Part shown: one piece after another, positions 62,001 through 64,000 of the stretch
Numbering within the stretch: the stretch's first letter is position 1
How the letters are laid out: the number at the start of each line of letters is the position of its first letter
DNA from: Eledone cirrhosa
Taxonomy: Eukaryota
Direction: 5' to 3'
NCBI GenBank assembly: GCA_964016885.1
Contig: CAXHJY010000381.1
Span: 22,001 to 86,000 of the forward strand
Length of the DNA: 64,000 bases
Program-made: the position numbers and the translations under genes
The notes under the pieces: model-generated
What the model was told of the DNA's origin: nothing
Seen by the model: the letters and a program-made list of their open reading frames with translations, nothing else
Database searches by the model: none

Positions 62001-62905
62001 AAAGTCTATATTAGTAACATGACAAAGTCTATATTACTAAAATGACAAAGTCTATATTAGTAACATGACAAAGTCTTTATTAGTAACATGACACAGTCTA
62101 TATTAGTAACATGACACAGTCTATATTAGTAACATGACAAAGTCTATATTAGTAACATGACACAGTCTATATTAGTAACATGACACAGTCTATATTAGTA
62201 ACATGACAAAGTCTATATTAGTAACATGACAAAGTCTATATTAGTAACATGACAAAGTCTATATTAGTAACATGACAAAGTCTATATTAGTAGCATGACA
62301 AAGTCTGTATTAGTAACATGACAAGGTCAATATTAGTAACATGACAACGTCTATATTAGTAACATGACAAAGTCTATATTAGTAACATGACACAGTCTAT
62401 ATTAGTAACATGACAAAGTCTATATTAGTAGCATGACAAAGTCTATATTAGTAACATGACAAAGTCTATATTAGTAACATGACAAAGTCTATATTAGTAA
62501 CATGACAAAGTCTATATTAGTAACATGACAAAGTCTATATTAGTAACATGACAAAGTCTATATTAGTAACATGACACAGTCTATATTAGTAACATGACAG
62601 TCTATATTAGTATCATGACAGTCTACATTAGTAACATGACACAGTCTATATTAGTAACATGACAAAGTCGATATTAGTAACATGACAATGTCTATATTAG
62701 TAACATGACAAAGTCTATATTAGTAACATGACACAGTCTATATTACTAACATGACACAGCCTATATTAGTAACATGACACAGTCTATATTAGTAACATGA
62801 CAAAGTCTATATTAGTAACATGACAAAGTCTATATTAGTAACATGACAAAGTCTATATTAGTAAAATGACACAGTCTATATTAGTAACATGACACAGTCT
62901 ATATG
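59065..62905 (+). repeat. Higher-order tandem duplication, period 1905 bp, more diverged than its neighbours
   Basis: AACATCAC 59421/61326, CATAAGAC 59676/61581, GTATC 60705/62610. The copies differ at GTATAT ~59662, CAGGG ~59888, GTCCAT ~61337 and TTACTAAAATG ~62034. Confidence 0.85.
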
Positions 62906-64000
62906 AGTAGCATGACACAGTCCATATTAGTAACATGATACAGTCTATATTAGTAACATGACAAAGTCTATATTAGTAACATGACAAAGTCTATATTAGT
63001 AAAATGACAAAGTCTAGATTAGTAACATGACAAAGTCTTTATTAGTAACATGACACAGTCTATATTAGTAACATGACACAGTCTATATTAGTAACATGAC
63101 AAAGTCTATATTAGTAACATGACAAAGTCTATATTAGTAACATGACACAGTCTATATTAGTAACATGACACAGTCTATATTAGTAACATGACAAAGTCTA
63201 TATTAGTAACATGACAAAATCTATATTAGTAACATGACACAGTCTATATTAGTAACATGACACAGTCTATATTAGTAACATGACACAGTCTATATTAGTA
63301 ACATTAGACAGTCTATATTAGTAGCATGACAAAGTCTATATTAGTAACATGACACAGTCTACATTAGTAACATGACAAAGTCTATATTAGTAACATGACA
63401 CAGTCTATATTAGTAACATGAGACAGTCTATATTAGTAACATGACAAAGTCTATATTAGTAACATGACAAAGTCTATATTAGTAACATGACAAAGTCTAT
63501 ATTAGTAAAATGACAAAGTCTATATTAGTAACATGACAAAGTCTTTATTAGTAACATGACACAGTCTATATTAGTAACATGACACAGTATATATTAGTAA
63601 CATGACAAAGTCTATATTAGTAACATGACACAGTCTATATTAGTAACATGACACAGTCTATATTAGTAACATGACAAAGTCTATATTAGTAACATGACAA
63701 AGTCTATATTAGTAACATGACAAAGTCTATATTAGTAGCATGACAAAGTCTATATTAGTAAAATGACACAGTCTATATTAGTAACATGACAAAGTCTATA
63801 TTAGTAACATGACACAGTCTATATTAGTAACATGACACAGTCTATATTAGTAGCATGACACAGTCTATATTAGTAACATGATACAGTCTATATTAGTAAC
63901 ATGACAAAGTCTATATTAGTAACATGACAAAGTCTATATTAGTAACATGACAAAGTCTATATTAGTAACATGACACAGTCTATATTAGTAACATGACACA

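Larger units (their letters stand above)
1..64000 (+). repeat. Satellite/minisatellite tandem array of a 23-bp unit GTCTATATTAGTAACATGACA(A/C)A, about 2,800 head-to-tail copies, open at both window ends
   Basis: Every line is made of this unit or 1-2 nt variants of it. There are two dominant alleles (GACAAA and GACACA), a recurrent 21-bp deletion form (GACAGTC), and rare 22/24-bp forms (about 60, 1831, 2221, 38041). No inverted copies or non-repeat sequence were seen. Copy number is estimated as 64000/23. Confidence 0.99.

Noticed and set aside
1-64000. CRISPR array
   Set aside because: The units abut directly. The variable part is only 1-3 nt and mostly two alleles, with no unique spacers, leader or cas genes.
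1-64000. Long repetitive protein-coding ORF, or a stop-free concatemeric ORF of the DRT2/neo type
   Set aside because: The + strand unit has TAG, TAA and TGA, the - strand has TAA and TAG, and the 23-nt period rotates the frame, so all six frames close within a few monomers.
1-64000. Telomerase-made long telomeric repeat (for example the 23-bp unit of Candida albicans)
   Set aside because: The length matches, but there is no G-rich strand or sequence resemblance. Multi-kb inherited variant patterns indicate recombinational copying rather than repeated templating from one RNA.
1-64000. Pure technical concatemer (primer or rolling-circle artefact) with random sequencing errors
   Set aside because: Rare variants recur in the same order at exact multi-kb offsets and form nested clades, which random error would not produce. 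Individual large duplications could still be assembly errors.
1-64000. TATATT as a -10/TATA promoter element, or the array as plasmid iterons
   Set aside because: The motif is expected in an AT-rich unit, there is no downstream gene or rep gene, and iteron clusters have few copies rather than thousands.
1-64000. Structured RNA, terminators or G-quadruplex
   Set aside because: Only 3-4 bp dyads exist, with no G-runs, poly-T tails or inverted array segments able to form long stems.

Overview
The whole 64 kb window is one uninterrupted, head-to-tail, single-orientation tandem array of a 23-bp AT-rich unit, consensus GTCTATATTAGTAACATGACA(A/C)A (about 2,800 copies, GC about 26-30%). It also contains a common 21-bp variant (GTCTATATTAGTAACATGACA) and a few 22/24-bp units. 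I see no unique sequence, genes, RNA genes, mobile elements or CRISPR spacers, and the array runs off both ends. It looks like eukaryotic-type satellite/minisatellite DNA, but the organism and function cannot be determined from the window. The real structure is in the variants. Rare marker monomers occur in a fixed order and reveal nested higher-order duplications with offsets, worked out by hand, of about 1905, 2242, 2990, 3269, 4331, 6463, 7730, 12504-12851 and 19380 bp. There are also whole-monomer indels, probable single-monomer conversion events, and variation concentrated in the 3-nt spacer of a GAC-NNN-GTC dyad. I cannot support a new gene-encoded system here. Duplication boundaries are approximate (about 1-2 monomers) and difference counts are by-eye minima.
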